From: Octopus sinensis
Lineage: Eukaryota
Assembly: GCF_006345805.1 (NCBI RefSeq)
Contig: NC_042998.1
Span: 175,708,001-175,772,000, forward strand
Direction: 5' to 3'
Length of the DNA stretch: 64,000 nt
The notes under the pieces were generated by a model. The model saw nothing but the letters and a program-made list of their open reading frames with translations, ran no database searches and had not been told where the DNA came from. The position numbers and the translations under genes are program-made. The first letter of the stretch is position 1. The number at the start of each line of letters is the position of its first letter. Shown here piece by piece: positions 38,600 through 51,974 of the stretch.

Positions 38600-39790
38600 T
38601 TCTCTATTCTGGCCCTTTATGGGCAATAAAGAAATTATTCGTTCCCCTTACGTGAAGGGCAGAGGGCCTCTTGCAAAGCCCTCTATCTGTTGCCAACAAC
38701 CGCTAAAGGGTGGGCTAGGGATGCCGTGGCTTACGATGCGTAAGCTCGCGCTGAGGCTGAGGTATCCTTGGCTTTATCTGGATGGTGAACGGGTGTGGTC
38801 TACGTTCGTCAAGCTGCTACTTCCTAGGTTCACTAGTTTTAGTGTACTAGAACCATGGATCAAAATTAGAACAAAGTTGGGTGCTTGGCAGGCTGAGTAT
38901 CGCAAGGCTCTCGTGCTCTTCTGCTGCACGGGCAACGCTGGTAGCGTGGCTTCCACTTCGTCATTTTATAGAGGGTTGGTACAGGCCAAGTGTGACGACG
39001 CGCTGGGTGTAACCCTGGGCTTCGACGAAGGCCAACTAGCCAGCCTGTTCCAAAAGACGTTCGGGCCGGGACTTTTGGATAATTTCCAGAGGTCCCTCGC
39101 CTGGCAATATTACCGAAGAGCCTTACCAGTTCACGACAAGCTCGCAAGGCACGGTGCCTCATGCTCACCCAACTGTCCAAGATGTGGGCGGGATGGTGAA
39201 ACTGTTCTGCACGCATTTTGGCAGTGTGCAAGGATTTCAGAGCTGTGGGTTTCCGTCGAACGACTGGTTTCTGGATTTGGATGAGTACAGCTGTCGTCCG
39301 AGTCTGTTATCGTTCCACCTCCCTCACTGAGCAGAAAACGTTCGTTGTGTTCGCTATAGCGAAAGAGGCTGTATAGAGAACACGTATGAAAGGATTGGTG
39401 ACAGGTACTTTCATTTCTAACCAAGGATTGACTAACTTTTATGTCTTCCTTCTACGAAAGAAGATAAGGTTAGAAAAGAAGTGCCTGTCATCGGACAGGT
39501 TCGGTAAAAGATGGATGCAAGTGGTTCGCATGTTGGGAATGAATGGTTCTATGTGAGCGCTATCCCGGAAAAGTAAAAACAAAAGGCTCAGTGCTGAAAC
39601 GTGTCTTGCGGGGTCGGAACAGTGCCCCCACTCCATTGTGTTGTGATTTCGTCTGTCCCTTCATTCGTTTTATATTATCATAAGAATTTTTAATGCATTT
39701 TTGTGTAATATCATCCGATGCCCAGACCCTGAATTCATTTTGTACCCTCTGTGTTTGGCCCTTGTGGCTGGAATAAAATTTATTCGTACC
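38600..39790 (+). mobile_element. L1/Tx1-like LINE, 3' end of ORF2 and 3' UTR
   Basis: PLKGGLGMPWL...; zf-RVT motif YRRALPVHDKLARHG...CPRCGRDGETVLHAFWQC; AATAAA near 39771. Confidence 0.8.
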
Positions 39791-39899
39791 CCTTACTTTC
39801 GCTTTTTTGTTTATTGCTGTGTTGAATTTGTACTGAGAATTATATATATCGTTGTTATTGTTGAACTTTGTGTTGTTGCATTTGGTACATTTGTGATTA

Positions 39900-41190
39900 C
39901 ATTTGTTGTTACACATTGTAATTGTTCGTGAAAGTCTTTTTGACGTGTCTCCCTTGTTTCAAGGGGAGATTTGTTATTCACCAGGGCAGTATGCCCAACA
40001 ACATGACTCCAGTCAAAGAACCACAAGCTACGAAATACACGATGGAACCAACAAGCATAAAAGGAGGGGGAAATTTCACTGCAGCCACCACTGTGACAAA
40101 AACCAAAATAAACATCAAACCAGAAGAGTTGGAAAAATATAACGAGATGTTTCAAAGGGAGGGGCGGGGACTAAAAATTGCCCATACCGATGAGACTATG
40201 GAAAGTGTTGAGAAGAGAACGGTAATTTACAAAAGTCGGATTGTAAAGGACAAGAAATTAGATGTAGCTTCTAAAGAAGCCGTGGAACTTTCTTCGAAAC
40301 AAAAATGGAAGGACATAACGTTTTTCACAAGAGGAAGGAAATATGCAACGGTGGAAGTAAGATTCAAAACCGAGGAGCTGACAAAACTTCATTCTTTAGA
40401 AACTCTAAGGACAGCGGAGGTGGCACTTTTACCCACTTATCTAGGCAGAAGAACGTCAAGAATTAAAGTGGGTGATCTACCACCAGAAGTGAATGCAGGC
40501 TGTCTGATGTTTCGGAATGGAAGAAAAAATGGCAATCCTACAAGCAACAGTAACGGTGTCAAAATTGGCAAGGAAAGGAGATCGTGATGATCGTTCATGC
40601 TTCCCCTGTCGACCTAGAAAATATAATTGAGGTCATTGAGGTGGAGGAAAACAAGCTCCGAGTAATGGTAGAAGGGAAGAAGCCTCGGTATTTTAGATAT
40701 GGTAAGCTAGGCCACATCAAAGCCGGGTGCAAACCTCCCACCAAGGAAGCACCGAATCCCTAACCGCCAGAAGAATCTCCAAAAGTGACAGAAGTTTTCT
40801 GTTTTCCCCATTTCGTCCTATTTCCTTTACAGTAAGAACGCATCAGAAAGGAAGAGTACATGTTTTCAGGGATAGCTAGTATAAACTGGAGGGGCTCTAA
40901 CTTGACAGCTGACTTGAAATAATGGGAAGTGGATGTGTGATAGGTAGTTATGATGAAATAGTTGGACAATTTGAGAGGTTCAGAGACTGCTATGATATGG
41001 TAAATATTGGGTTTGGATTCAAACCCTTAGTTGTAAATAACGAAAACTTGTGGAGCAAGATAAGCTGAATAGCTGCTAGCACTTGTAGGACGTATTCAGC
41101 TACCAGTTGACTCCCCGCTGCTTTATTTTGGTCAGAAGGGCAGGCAGTTTTCCTCTGGAGGCTTTGTGATGGACACAATTGAAAGGACTG
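39900..41190 (+). mobile_element. L1/Tx1-like LINE, ORF1 and start of ORF2 (decayed)
   Basis: 221-aa ORF with YATVEVRF...YLGRRTSRIKVGDLPPEV; downstream RVMVEGKKPRYFRYGKLGHIKAGC (eroded CCHC knuckle); at 40860 MFSGIASINWRG...DLK...DV resembles an APE N-terminus. Confidence 0.65.
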
Positions 41191-41494
41191 AAGACAGACT
41201 TCTTTCTTATCGGCTAAGCCCTAATCGTATTTTTAAAGTTCCACTTAGAAAGGTAAGTGAGGGTGGAAAGGATGGTGGGGGTAGGACACCACCACCTAGT
41301 AAATTTGTCAAATGGTGAGAGTGGTACAAGTGCATGGACCTGCGTTAAGGTTGGGCTTGTAGGCCGAAAACTACAGAAGGAAGAACACTTGTGATGGTGC
41401 TCCTGGTGAGCAGGGTTATTCGGGTTTTGTGGGGTTCCTTCGTTAGCCTAGAAGTCCTGTATTAGGAGGACCATATCATTATCTTTTATCTTTT

Positions 41495-41865
41495 CTTTTA
41501 CTGGTTTCAGTCACTAGACTGGGGCCATATTGGGGCACAGCTTTGAAGAATTTAGTTGAACAAATAGATCCAACTACTAATTCGTTTTAAAGTCTGGTAC
41601 TTATTTATCGTTTCTTTTGCCGAACGGCTCGATTACGGGAACGTAAACACACCAACACCGGCTATCAAAGAGTGGTGAGACAACCCCCCCACACACACAT
41701 ATACACACACAACGGGCTTTTTTCAGTTTCTGTGTACTAAATCCTCTCTCAACGCTTTGATCAGCCCAGGGCTATAGTAGAAGACAGTTGCCCAAGGCAC
41801 CATCGAGTGGGATTGAACCCAGTACTATGTAGTTGGGAAGCAAACTAAACTTCTTACAACGTAAC
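41495..41865 (-). mobile_element. Family B SINE, diverged
   Basis: Colinear with other copies. Confidence 0.8.
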
Positions 41866-41979
41866 CACTTTTTCGTGAAATCATTCCATTCTATGTTAAT
41901 CTCCACACTTTATGTCTGTCATTATATCGCCCTTCCTACTCCGTCGCCCTGATGGCAAATAAAAGAACTCTTCCTCCTC

Positions 41980-41984
<5 letters not shown>

Positions 41985-42051
<67 letters not shown>

Positions 42052-43260
42052 TGCTAGGTGAAGGGGATTGTAGTCTATGACCTTTTCACCACCCCCAGAC
42101 TGATGAGGTCAGTGCTATTGACGTTCAATTTGAACTTCCGTAGGTTGATGTCTGTGTAGGGAAAACGGGTAGAGAAGGAATTTCAGATAATTTCAGCTCC
42201 GGAAGGATGGTTGAGTAAAGTCTTTAGTGAAGGGTTTTGTAGTGTGACGCATGTTAGAGACGAGAAACGGGTGTAGCTGAGTAGACGTGGGTGGTAGTAG
42301 TACTCAGCTTGATATTTCGGAGAAGGAGAAGTTGCTGCAAGATGAAGCAAAAATTGCTGGTGAATGGCTCTTTGTCAGTTAGGATGACATTTTTATAATA
42401 GCAGGTCTTTAGAATGTTTGTGGTTATAGTAGAAATAGTCACTACTGCCACTGTCACAGCAGTAGCAGTAGCGGTATACTAAATGAGCTGGCAGAAACGT
42501 TAGCACGCCGGGCGAAATGCTTAGCGGTATTTCGTCTGCGTTACGTTGTGAGTTCAAATTCCGCCGAGGTCGACTTTGCCTTTCATCCTTTCGGGGTCGA
42601 TAAATTAAGTACCAGTTACGCACTGGGGTCGATGTAATCGACTTAATACCTATGTCTGTCCTTGTTTGTCCCCTCTGTGTTTAGCCCCTTGTGGGTAATA
42701 AAGAAATAGGTATACTAAATATGTGAGCATATGTCACCAACTGATTTCGGCCGAAATATTTTCTGGTTTTGATGAAGAAGTCCAGCCTTTGAGAATGCTG
42801 TATTTTATGTCTGTGTAGCTTCAAAGATAGAGTAGCATTTATGGAATTTTTTGTTTGTTGATAAGTGAAAGAGTAAAATGAAAAAGGTTTTCTTGATAAC
42901 GCATATGGATTGCGTCTTTGTAGTATTAAAGGAAACTGCGTTGTCATGTTTTATTGGAAAACATTTTCGAAATGTGTTTTCATACAAATAGTTAAAAGTC
43001 TACCACGGGACTGTTAAAACTGTATTTAGATCCCTCGGGAAATTAAAGGAGGAGTTACGTATGTGTCGGAGAGTGTGTGGTTAGAAGTCAGAGCATGTAG
43101 GTCTTCAATGAAAGAAGGAAGAATGAAATACATGATCAAACTCCGACATACACAGTAATTAATAAAAGAGAAGACCCTAATCAAGAAATTAGAGGCGGAC
43201 TGATAGGCAAGTAAAAATAGGTTGGTCAAAGCGTCATGATCTTCGAGGTCTAATCAGTTG
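41985..43260 (-). mobile_element. L2/CR1-like LINE 3' end with (TAA)n tail, interrupted by a SINE
   Basis: Minus text NSFSTRFPYTDINLRKFKLNVN resembles the L2-type LWNSLP...FP..YNL..FK..VN terminus; about 22 TTA units at 41985-42050 form the tail. Confidence 0.65.
42485..42709 (+). mobile_element. Family A SINE, long-tail variant
   Basis: TSD GTATACTAAAT at 42474-42484 and 42710-42720. Confidence 0.92.
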
Positions 43261-44689
43261 ACTTGCAGATAAACAATAGCAACAGTAACCTTAACAGTAA
43301 TCTCTTGTAATTTTTAATTGGATGACGTCAGGAGTTAAATCTGCTTTGGTATAACGGGAATGAATAATGTGTATCACGCCAATCATGTCATGTTGTCCAT
43401 GACAGATCAATATCAGATGTCAGTACTTTAAGTCCTTCGAACGATCTTGTAAAGATAAGATGTCAGTGATACAGCTTGTTAATGTGAAAATAATGGTTGT
43501 AGTGATGACGCTAGTTAGTAGTAGCTGTAGTCTTCAGGCTGGTAATGGTAGCGGTTTAGTGGTGATGTTGGTGGCGATGTGTTTTGCTGGTGTTGATTTT
43601 AGTGAGTTGGTGGTAGTGAAGGTGGTGGTAGTCAAGGCGGTATAGTTAATTATGGTTTTATTAATAGACTGTGATTATGTGATAGTAATACGGAGGTGGG
43701 AGATGAGGACAATTGTGGATGTTGTTGTTATTGTATAGTACTAAGTCAGCTCTGATGGAGTAGCCCGAAAACTTATTGCTCGCAGGTCGGCTGTTGTTGT
43801 TGTTTAGCCCTGGGTCTGCCTTAATCGCGCAGGATTATGCTCAAAGCATCAGTTATGATCATCTCGTTTTCTTCCTAGTGCAAGGAATCCAAGACCACCT
43901 TACCCAATGTGTCCTCTCTAAGATGGACAGGATGTAGTCTGAAAGAGATTTGGCTGCTAATTTTTGTAAGTCGAGCAGCCACATAGCGACTCTCTGGTCA
44001 AACAGTTAGGTGTGACTCTCAAAGCCAGTGTTGGGCGTATACCACATCCAGCACACAGTGATATGCAACAGTTTATCGTATCGAGAGTTCAATGACAGTC
44101 TGCGTGTGTTGCAGTTCTTCCTCCAGTTTCATTATGGAAATCTATAAATTCTGGTAGTGACCACAGTAGAACCAGGCAATGTGGGCTTTAAGTGCAACAG
44201 ATTTTATTCCATTCCACTGTGTTTGTGGAGCAAATGAAATTAATAATGCTGAGGTCATTATTATGTGTGTGTATTTTTGTGTGACTTTGTCTGGACTGAA
44301 TAGCATGATGAGTTAACAATATTGTGGGGTGTTATTGATGTATCTGAGGAGACGTGCCAGAAACTGTGATCAGAAACTCTTAGGTTTGTGTATCTAGATG
44401 CTCTTTCATTTTCCATATTTTTATTCCATGTATAGATTGTTTGTTTAATACCAAGTCAGACCTGATTAAGCAAGCTTATGATCGAAAACATTCCACCCAT
44501 GACCATCTGTCTTTTATGGAGATGCAATGTAATTAGGGCTTCACTATCCAAAATGCTTTTCTTTTAAGACAGTGAAAGAGATTTAGTTGATATTTCTAGC
44601 AAGTCAAACGGCCACATAGAAGTTCCCTCGTTAACTCCATGTGTACGCAGTCTATGATTGTCGTCTGCTTGAAGCATGTAATGATGTCA

Positions 44690-46035
44690 AACGTAGTTTT
44701 GAATTCAGTTTCACGGCACAGGATTTTGGACAAACGTCCTCTACTGTAGCCTCAATACAACTGATGCCTTGTGAATGAATTTGATAGACGCACACTGTGA
44801 GGAAGCCCGTCACGAATATGTGCGTGTGTCTGTGGTTGTCCCTATTCCCACCGCTTGACAACCGATGTTAGTTTGTTTACCTCCTCGTAACTTAGCGGTT
44901 CGGCATTAGACACCGATAGAGTAAGTACCAGACTTAAAAAATAAGTCCTGAGGTTGATTAGTTTGACTAAAACCCTTCAAGGTAGTGCTCAGGATGGCTG
45001 CAGTCTAGTGATTGAAACAAATAAAAGATAACAAATAAAAGATATGTTTTTTTCTTTGGTATTTTACCACAATTTGTTGCAAGACTAGCACAATCCATGA
45101 AGGATCTAATGTTTATACAATAATACTTTCTTTCTAGTATAGGCATAAGATTCGAAATTTTGTGGGAAGGCCTCGTCAATTTCATCGATCCCAGTGCTTG
45201 ATTGGTAATAATGGTTTCAAATTTTGGCAGAAGGCTAGAAGTTTTGGCACAAGGCCCAACTGGTACTTACTTTATCGACACCGAAAGGATGAAAGACAAA
45301 GTCGACTTCAGCAGAATTTGAACGCAGAACGTAAAGACGGACGAAATGCCGCTAAGCATTTTGCCCGGCGCGTAAGCGATTCCGCTAGCTGGCCGCCTTC
45401 CTTGACTTGGTAATAATGGTCTCAAATTTTGGTACAAGGCTAGCAATTTCGGGGGAAGAGATAAGTGGATTACATCGACCCCAGTGATCAACTGGTACTT
45501 ATTTATTGATTACAGGTAATAATCATAGTATCGATGTCAACCGAATGCGGTGACGGTCAATGCTCTGGCAGTGTTTGTGTGCCATTTTCTTTCTTGACTC
45601 TCAATGTGTACTGTAAAAAAAAAAAGAGTCCTAAAGACGTGCTTTTCTTTTTACTTGTTTCAGTCATTTGACTGGGGCCATGCTGGAGCACCACCTTTAG
45701 TCGAACAAATCAACCCCAGGACTTATTCTTTGTAAGCCTAGTACTTATTCTAACGGTCTCTTTTGCCGAACCGCAAAGTTACGGGGACGTAAGCACACCA
45801 GCATCGATGGTGGGGGAACAAACACATACACATACACACACATACAGACATATATACACATATATATATTTATACGACGGGCTTCTTTCAGTTTCCATCA
45901 ACCAAATCCACTCACAAGGCTTTGGTCAGCTCGAGGCTATAGTAGAAGACATTTGCCCAAGGTGCCACGCAGTGTGACTGAACTCAGAACCATGTGGTTG
46001 GTAAACAAGCTACTTACCACGTAGCCACTCCTGCT
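44690..46035. mobile_element. SINE cluster: old family B (+, 44690-45045), family A pieces (-, 45130-45510), family B (-, 45645-46035)
   Basis: Colinearity with the other copies of each family. Confidence 0.8.
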
Positions 46036-46164
46036 TTGGTAATTCATAGTATTTTTTATCTTTTGAGGGTGCGTGTTTTGTGCTATTAATTGGTCCCAAA
46101 TCTGCTCAGATTAAATAGACCCGTGGGACGTTTCCGTATCAGTGACTACGTTGTCCACTGTTCC

Positions 46165-46165
46165 T

Positions 46166-46232
<67 letters not shown>

Positions 46233-46293
46233 CCTTCCTTCCTTGCTTCCTCCCTCCCTTCCTTCCTTTCTTTCTTTCTTTCTTTCTTCCTTC

Positions 46294-46363
<70 letters not shown>

Positions 46364-46372
46364 CTCTTTCTT

Positions 46373-46434
<62 letters not shown>

Positions 46435-46440
46435 TCGTTC
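46165..46440. repeat. (TTTC)n microsatellite
   Basis: Direct reading; source of the KERK/FFLS ORFs. Confidence 0.95.
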
Positions 46441-46559
46441 GCTCGTTCGTTCAAAATGATAGGGCGTATTTGAAGAACTTTCGTTCAAACGACCGCGTAG
46501 AAGCTACTTCTTCATGTTGATGGTGATGATTGTGGCTAGGATGGCGTGATTTCAGTGCA

Positions 46560-46678
46560 AATATACATACATACATACATACATACATACATACATACAT
46601 ACATACATACATACATTCATACATGCATGCATGCATACTACATACATACATACATACATGCATGCATACATACATACA

Positions 46679-46710
<32 letters not shown>

Positions 46711-46914
46711 CATACATACATACATGCATACATACATACATACATACATACATACATAACTTACATACATACATACATGCATGCATCATGCATACATACA
46801 TACATACATACATACATACTACCTTACATACATACATACACATACATACATACATGCATACATACATACATATATACATACATACATGCATACATACATA
46901 CATACATACATACA

Positions 46915-46946
<32 letters not shown>

Positions 46947-47144
46947 CACACACATACATACCGCCACTCACACGCACATGCGCGCCTCACGAGCACACAT
47001 AGACCACACACACAAACACACACGTGCATACGTACGTACACACATACATACATTCATATGTACATGCATACACACACATTCGTACAAACATACATGCATA
47101 CATACATACATACATACATACATACATACATACATACATACATA
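46560..47144. repeat. (CATA)n complex microsatellite
   Basis: Direct reading. Confidence 0.95.
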
Positions 47145-48002
47145 CGAGGTCTGATCAATAAGTATTCGGACTGTTGCTGTAGTAACGAAGCTAAAGCATG
47201 CAGAGTGAAGCCGCTTGGCACATATTGACCTCGAACTTTGCTGTGTGTGCGCATTAAGTTTTAACGTTCTGGCTCACTTCCGCTGTATACGAAGCTGGAA
47301 CGAAGGTGTGTAGCGTGTGATCTTCGTATTGACCATGACAGAGAAAGTTCTCTTGGCGATACCTTCTCAGCGGCCTAGGCCAAGTTGCAGGAAGTGTATG
47401 GAGAAGAGCGTATGAGCCGCACACGAGTGGTTCACAGGTTTCCAAGATGGCCGAAAAAATATCGATGTTGACGAACGTTCTGGGAGACCCGCAACCAGCA
47501 GAACTGAGAAAAACATCGCAGCTGTGAGAGGAAATCGTCGAATCACCATCCTCAGGTATTTGAGGGTGTGCAAATTAGGTAGGTTCAGTTCAGTCCATTA
47601 ATACTGAAGATTTGAGTATGAGACGCGTGTCTGCCAAAACTGCTTTCAGCCAACCAAAAGTACACTCAGGTTTCAGTTGTACAAGATTTCCTTGATTGTG
47701 TCGAGAACGATGAAAACTTTTTGAAAATTTTACGTAGGCTTCTGAGCAGGTATCGCCAAGCTTTTGGAAAAATTTGAAGCAGATTCTCTGCTCACCTTTC
47801 TCTGTCATGGTCAATGCGACGGTTACACTCTACACACGTTCCTTCCAAGCATTGCTGTAAACAGCAGAAGTGAGCTAGGACGTTAAAACTTAATGGTCGT
47901 GTACAGCAAATGTAAAGGTCAATCTGTGCCAAGCGGCTTCACACTCCGTGCTTTAACTTCGTTACTACAGCAACAGTCCGGATACTTGTTGATCAGACCA
48001 CG
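47145..48002 (+). mobile_element. Two-headed non-autonomous mariner derivative, copy 2 (858 bp)
   Basis: TA|CGAGGTCTGATCAATAAGTA ... TACTTGTTGATCAGACCACG|TA; the minus strand of the right arm encodes MTEKGEQRICFKFFQKLGDTCSEAYVKF. Confidence 0.88.
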
Positions 48003-48091
48003 TACGTACGTACATACATACATCGTTTGAATTTTCGATTTTTCGAATTCTCACTTCGTTACGTCTCTTTCCTCCTAGTTCGTTTTTACAG

Positions 48092-48123
<32 letters not shown>

Positions 48124-48141
48124 CATACATACATACATACA

Positions 48142-48345
48142 TAGTTAATCCAAACAAGAAAGCACAAAAAAAACACAACAACGCGAGGACGTGGAACAAA
48201 TATAGTATTATTGGACGCTCAGGAAAGAAGGAGGGTTTAACGTTTCGAGCGGAGCTTTTCGTCGGAAACATAGAAGAAGGAAAGATCTCGAGAAGGGAAG
48301 ACAGAGGGAAACAAAAAGCGCCAACGTACACACGCCGGGTCATTC
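48142..48345 (-). mobile_element. ~200-bp Penelope/retrozyme-like repeat carrying a minimal hammerhead motif
   Basis: Between (CATA)n tracts; minus 48269-48235 reads GTTT-CCGACGA-A-AAGC-TCC-GCTC-GAA-ACGT-T-AAAC. Confidence 0.65.
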
Positions 48346-48426
48346 ATCATACATGCATACATACATATACATACATACATACATACATACATACATACAT
48401 ACATACATACATACATAAATACATAC

Positions 48427-48526
48427 NNNNNNNNNNNNNNNNNNNNNNNNNNNNNNNNNNNNNNNNNNNNNNNNNNNNNNNNNNNNNNNNNNNNNNNNNN
48501 NNNNNNNNNNNNNNNNNNNNNNNNNN
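48427..48526. other. Assembly gap (100 N)
   Basis: Run of N; adjacency across it is unverified. Confidence 1.
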
Positions 48527-48720
48527 ACCCCATCTGTGCAGGTTTGTTTGTGTCGGGAGTGTGTCATATACCACCTATAGCAGGAAGATGTGCAAAGGTT
48601 CCAATCTCCACAGGTCAGTCCATGTGAGCTTCTTGTTAGGGAGATCCCATTTAGTTCATGCACCCAGAGATACCAACTCCACTTAAGGGTATCATGCATG
48701 CATAGCGTCACCCGTACATT
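48527..48720 (-). mobile_element. HERO/NeSL-like LINE fragment
   Basis: Minus: KKLTWTDLWRLEPLHIFLL*VVYDTLPTQTNLHRWG matches the W..LWR.EP.RI.FL..SVYD.LP.P.NL..WG motif. Confidence 0.65.
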
Positions 48721-48991
48721 TAAGTATTTTCGAAACTAACGATTACAGGTGCCATACTTGAACTTTGAAGGAGGGAATTAATGTTGGTGTCGTATCCGTT
48801 GTAAATATAATAAAATCATGGGATATTATGTTATATGGTGAATTAAATTGAATTGCATATGTTATAAACTATGTTATGGTATGTGGTGTGCTATATATAT
48901 ATATAATACTATCCCATCATAACCCCTGACTAGTTAGTCTGACTTCATCCTCTTTTGGTGATTACACTACTTAACTTTCTATGTTCTAACC

Positions 48992-49210
48992 CAGTGCTTT
49001 TCAAACTTTTTGCTGGAGCGGAACCCCAAGGAAACATTCCACTGGCTCGATGAATCCCTGTGCAATAATTTAATAGTCTTATGCACACATATCTGCACAG
49101 GAGACTTAAAAATCCCTGTCGATTTTAGCAGTTTTGTAACTTCTTGCGGAACCACTGCACTGTACTGGCGGAACCCTAAGGTTCCGCGGAACCCTGGTCG
49201 AAAACCACTG
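48992..49210. mobile_element. hAT (Charlie-type) MITE, 219 bp
   Basis: TIRs CAGTGCTTTTCAAAC / GTCGAAAACCACTG; TSD TTCTAAC(C/T), 7/8 match with central TA. Confidence 0.85.
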
Positions 49211-49984
49211 TTCTAACTTACTGATCATGTTATGTATATTTTTAATGACTTTATGTAAGTCTCCTTTCGACAAAATCACATATCCCCTAGAAACTATAAA
49301 ATCATACATACAATAGCACCTGTAACACTAACTTATAAAATCTTTTCGGTCTGAATACCTTTACCTGCCCTCACTACTTCCATACCTATAACCCTCTCTT
49401 TTCGGGTTACTTTTATCTCTTCTCTACCTCAAACTTTAAACCCCTGTCTCTTTATAAGACGGGTCACTCGTGGCCTTCTTTCGTCAAGTACCTGAGGTCA
49501 CGACCGTTTCAAGCAGTTACACTTGAAACAGTTCGATCTGGTTGTCCCCCAAAAAGTCTAAGCTAAGAGCATTAGACCCCGTTGTAAGAAAGCTACCGAA
49601 TGTGTATGGCAACAAAGACCAAAAAAATGAACTCGACGGAAAGGGGATCTTTGTGATTGGAAATCAGGCTAAAAAAAATTAAATAAAGAGAAAGAAAGCC
49701 AATCAACGTGTCTATATAATAAATGCGTTGTTTTGGCCTCCAAATTTGTTCAAATCTTGTTTCAAATATTTGCTTCAAATATCGCCGAAACGTCATCAAT
49801 GACCAAAGTATGTTCATTCATTCATTTATTGATCGCGGGAACTTACTGTTGATTCGTTCACTGTCTGCTTAGCAGGAAGTATATGAGTGCTGGCTGATTA
49901 GAATGAAATCTTTTGAAGCGGATCACTCGACATCCGGGTTGAGTTGTTCGTCTGTCTGTTGATTCGTCTGATTCACTTTACTTT

Positions 49985-50212
49985 CTACGTACCGCTTTTT
50001 ATCTTTCATTTGTTTCATTCATTGGACTGGACCATGCTGAGACACCGCCTTGAAGTGTATTAGCCGAACGAATCAGTTCCAGGTCTTGTTTTTAAAGCCT
50101 GGTACTTATTCTATCAGTTACTTTGTCGAACCACTAAGTTAGGTGGACACAAACAAACCAGCATCTGTTTTCAAGCGATGGTGGGGAACAGACACAAAAA
50201 TATGCACATGCG

Positions 50213-50264
<52 letters not shown>

Positions 50265-50362
50265 ATTATGTATGTGTATATATATATATATTATATATTA
50301 TATATATATTATATATATATGTAATGTGTGTGTGTGTATACATACATACATATAATTTATAT

Positions 50363-50400
<38 letters not shown>

Positions 50401-50435
50401 GTATATGTAATATATATATTATATAATATATATAT

Positions 50436-50481
<46 letters not shown>

Positions 50482-50745
50482 ATATATGTATGTATATATA
50501 AGGTCTACTTTACACGCCAGCTCAGTTTAGCTTGTCTTTATTAGTCGAAAGACACCCGTTGTTGTCCTTGTTTGTATTTGTAATCGTGTGGCATTTTCTC
50601 CATTTCTCGTTTTTTTTTTTGCTATGTTGTTGCGATTGGCCGGGGCTATAGTAGAAGACACTTGCCCAAAGCACCGTGCAGTGGGACTGAATCTGGAACC
50701 ATGTGGTAAGGAAACAAACTTCTAACGACACAGTTACACCTTCTC
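49985..50745 (-). mobile_element. Family B SINE with expanded internal (TA)n tract
   Basis: Tail 49985-50190, head 50630-50745, ~300 bp AT repeat between. Confidence 0.75.
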
Positions 50746-51320
50746 TTTGAAAACGGGGTTTTGATTCGGAAACAAAGAAACGACAAACAAACGGGGTTTT
50801 GATTCGGAAACAAAGAAACGACAAATAAAACTATATCCTAGTGTACTTTAATGTACATAAGAATACTTTGCATGATTCTCTAAACATAATATTCTTTTTA
50901 AACAATGATAGCAATAAATCTGATACTTTAACAATAAGTAAAAAAAAAAAAAAACTTAAAAGAAATATAAATAGTTCATAGAGTACGATTAGCTAAGTTC
51001 CGAGTAAGAGTTCCGGATTCTGAGTAGATACGGAAAGACTTATAGAAATGCATTGTTACTTTGCACTTAATGGTTTACCTATGACGTTGGTTTTGTGGTT
51101 TAGTTCAAGGTCGGTTCTGAGTGAGCAGGATGCAAAAGGCATGACTATGACCGTTTAATATATTACTAGAAGCATTATTCAATAAATAGGTATATTCAAA
51201 AAATGATATAATGATATAAATGATATAAAAAATTGTGATATAAGGAAAACAAAAGTGACTTAATCTAACTGGAGTGACCGTATAGAGGCAATTTCATGTT
51301 TTAAAGACTGTCAGACATGC

Positions 51321-51435
<115 letters not shown>

Positions 51436-51486
51436 GTCTGTCTGTCTATATGTATATATATATATATGTGTATTGTGTGTGTATAT

Positions 51487-51520
<34 letters not shown>

Positions 51521-51521
<1 letters not shown>

Positions 51522-51931
51522 CTTATGATAAAAGGCAGATTTTCTCTGCCTGTTCCCATGTTCCTTTTTAATACAATTCTACAATATAGATTTTTTTCAA
51601 TTGGAATTTACCTATGATTTTTCGAAGTAGATTCGATTGGGTCATGGCATATAAAGTTTTTTCAGTTTGACCCTCAATTAAGCAAAAATTCAAGAAAACT
51701 CAATATTTTACGATTTGCCTCTCTCATTTCAAGTGGTTTACTCCTGCTATTACCACCACACTTTCTCTTTGCAAGTGTGAAACTATTAAAGTGAAAGTAT
51801 TATATAACAGGGATGAGCCATTAATAGTGGTCATCCTTTTTGCTAGAGGAAGATCCGCTATGGTCTTATATGCTACACCACTGGTTTTCAATTTATATTA
51901 ATCAAATCAATATTCAATTTTTCACTCTTAT

Positions 51932-51974
<43 letters not shown>

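Noticed and set aside
42100-42130. CTGATGA followed by a GTCA/TGAC hairpin
   Set aside because: No GAAA after the hairpin; lies in a LINE 3' UTR on the opposite strand.
50750-50826. 38-bp tandem duplication AAACGGGGTTTTGATTCGGAAACAAAGAAACGACAAA
   Set aside because: Two copies only; an ordinary slippage or repair duplication.
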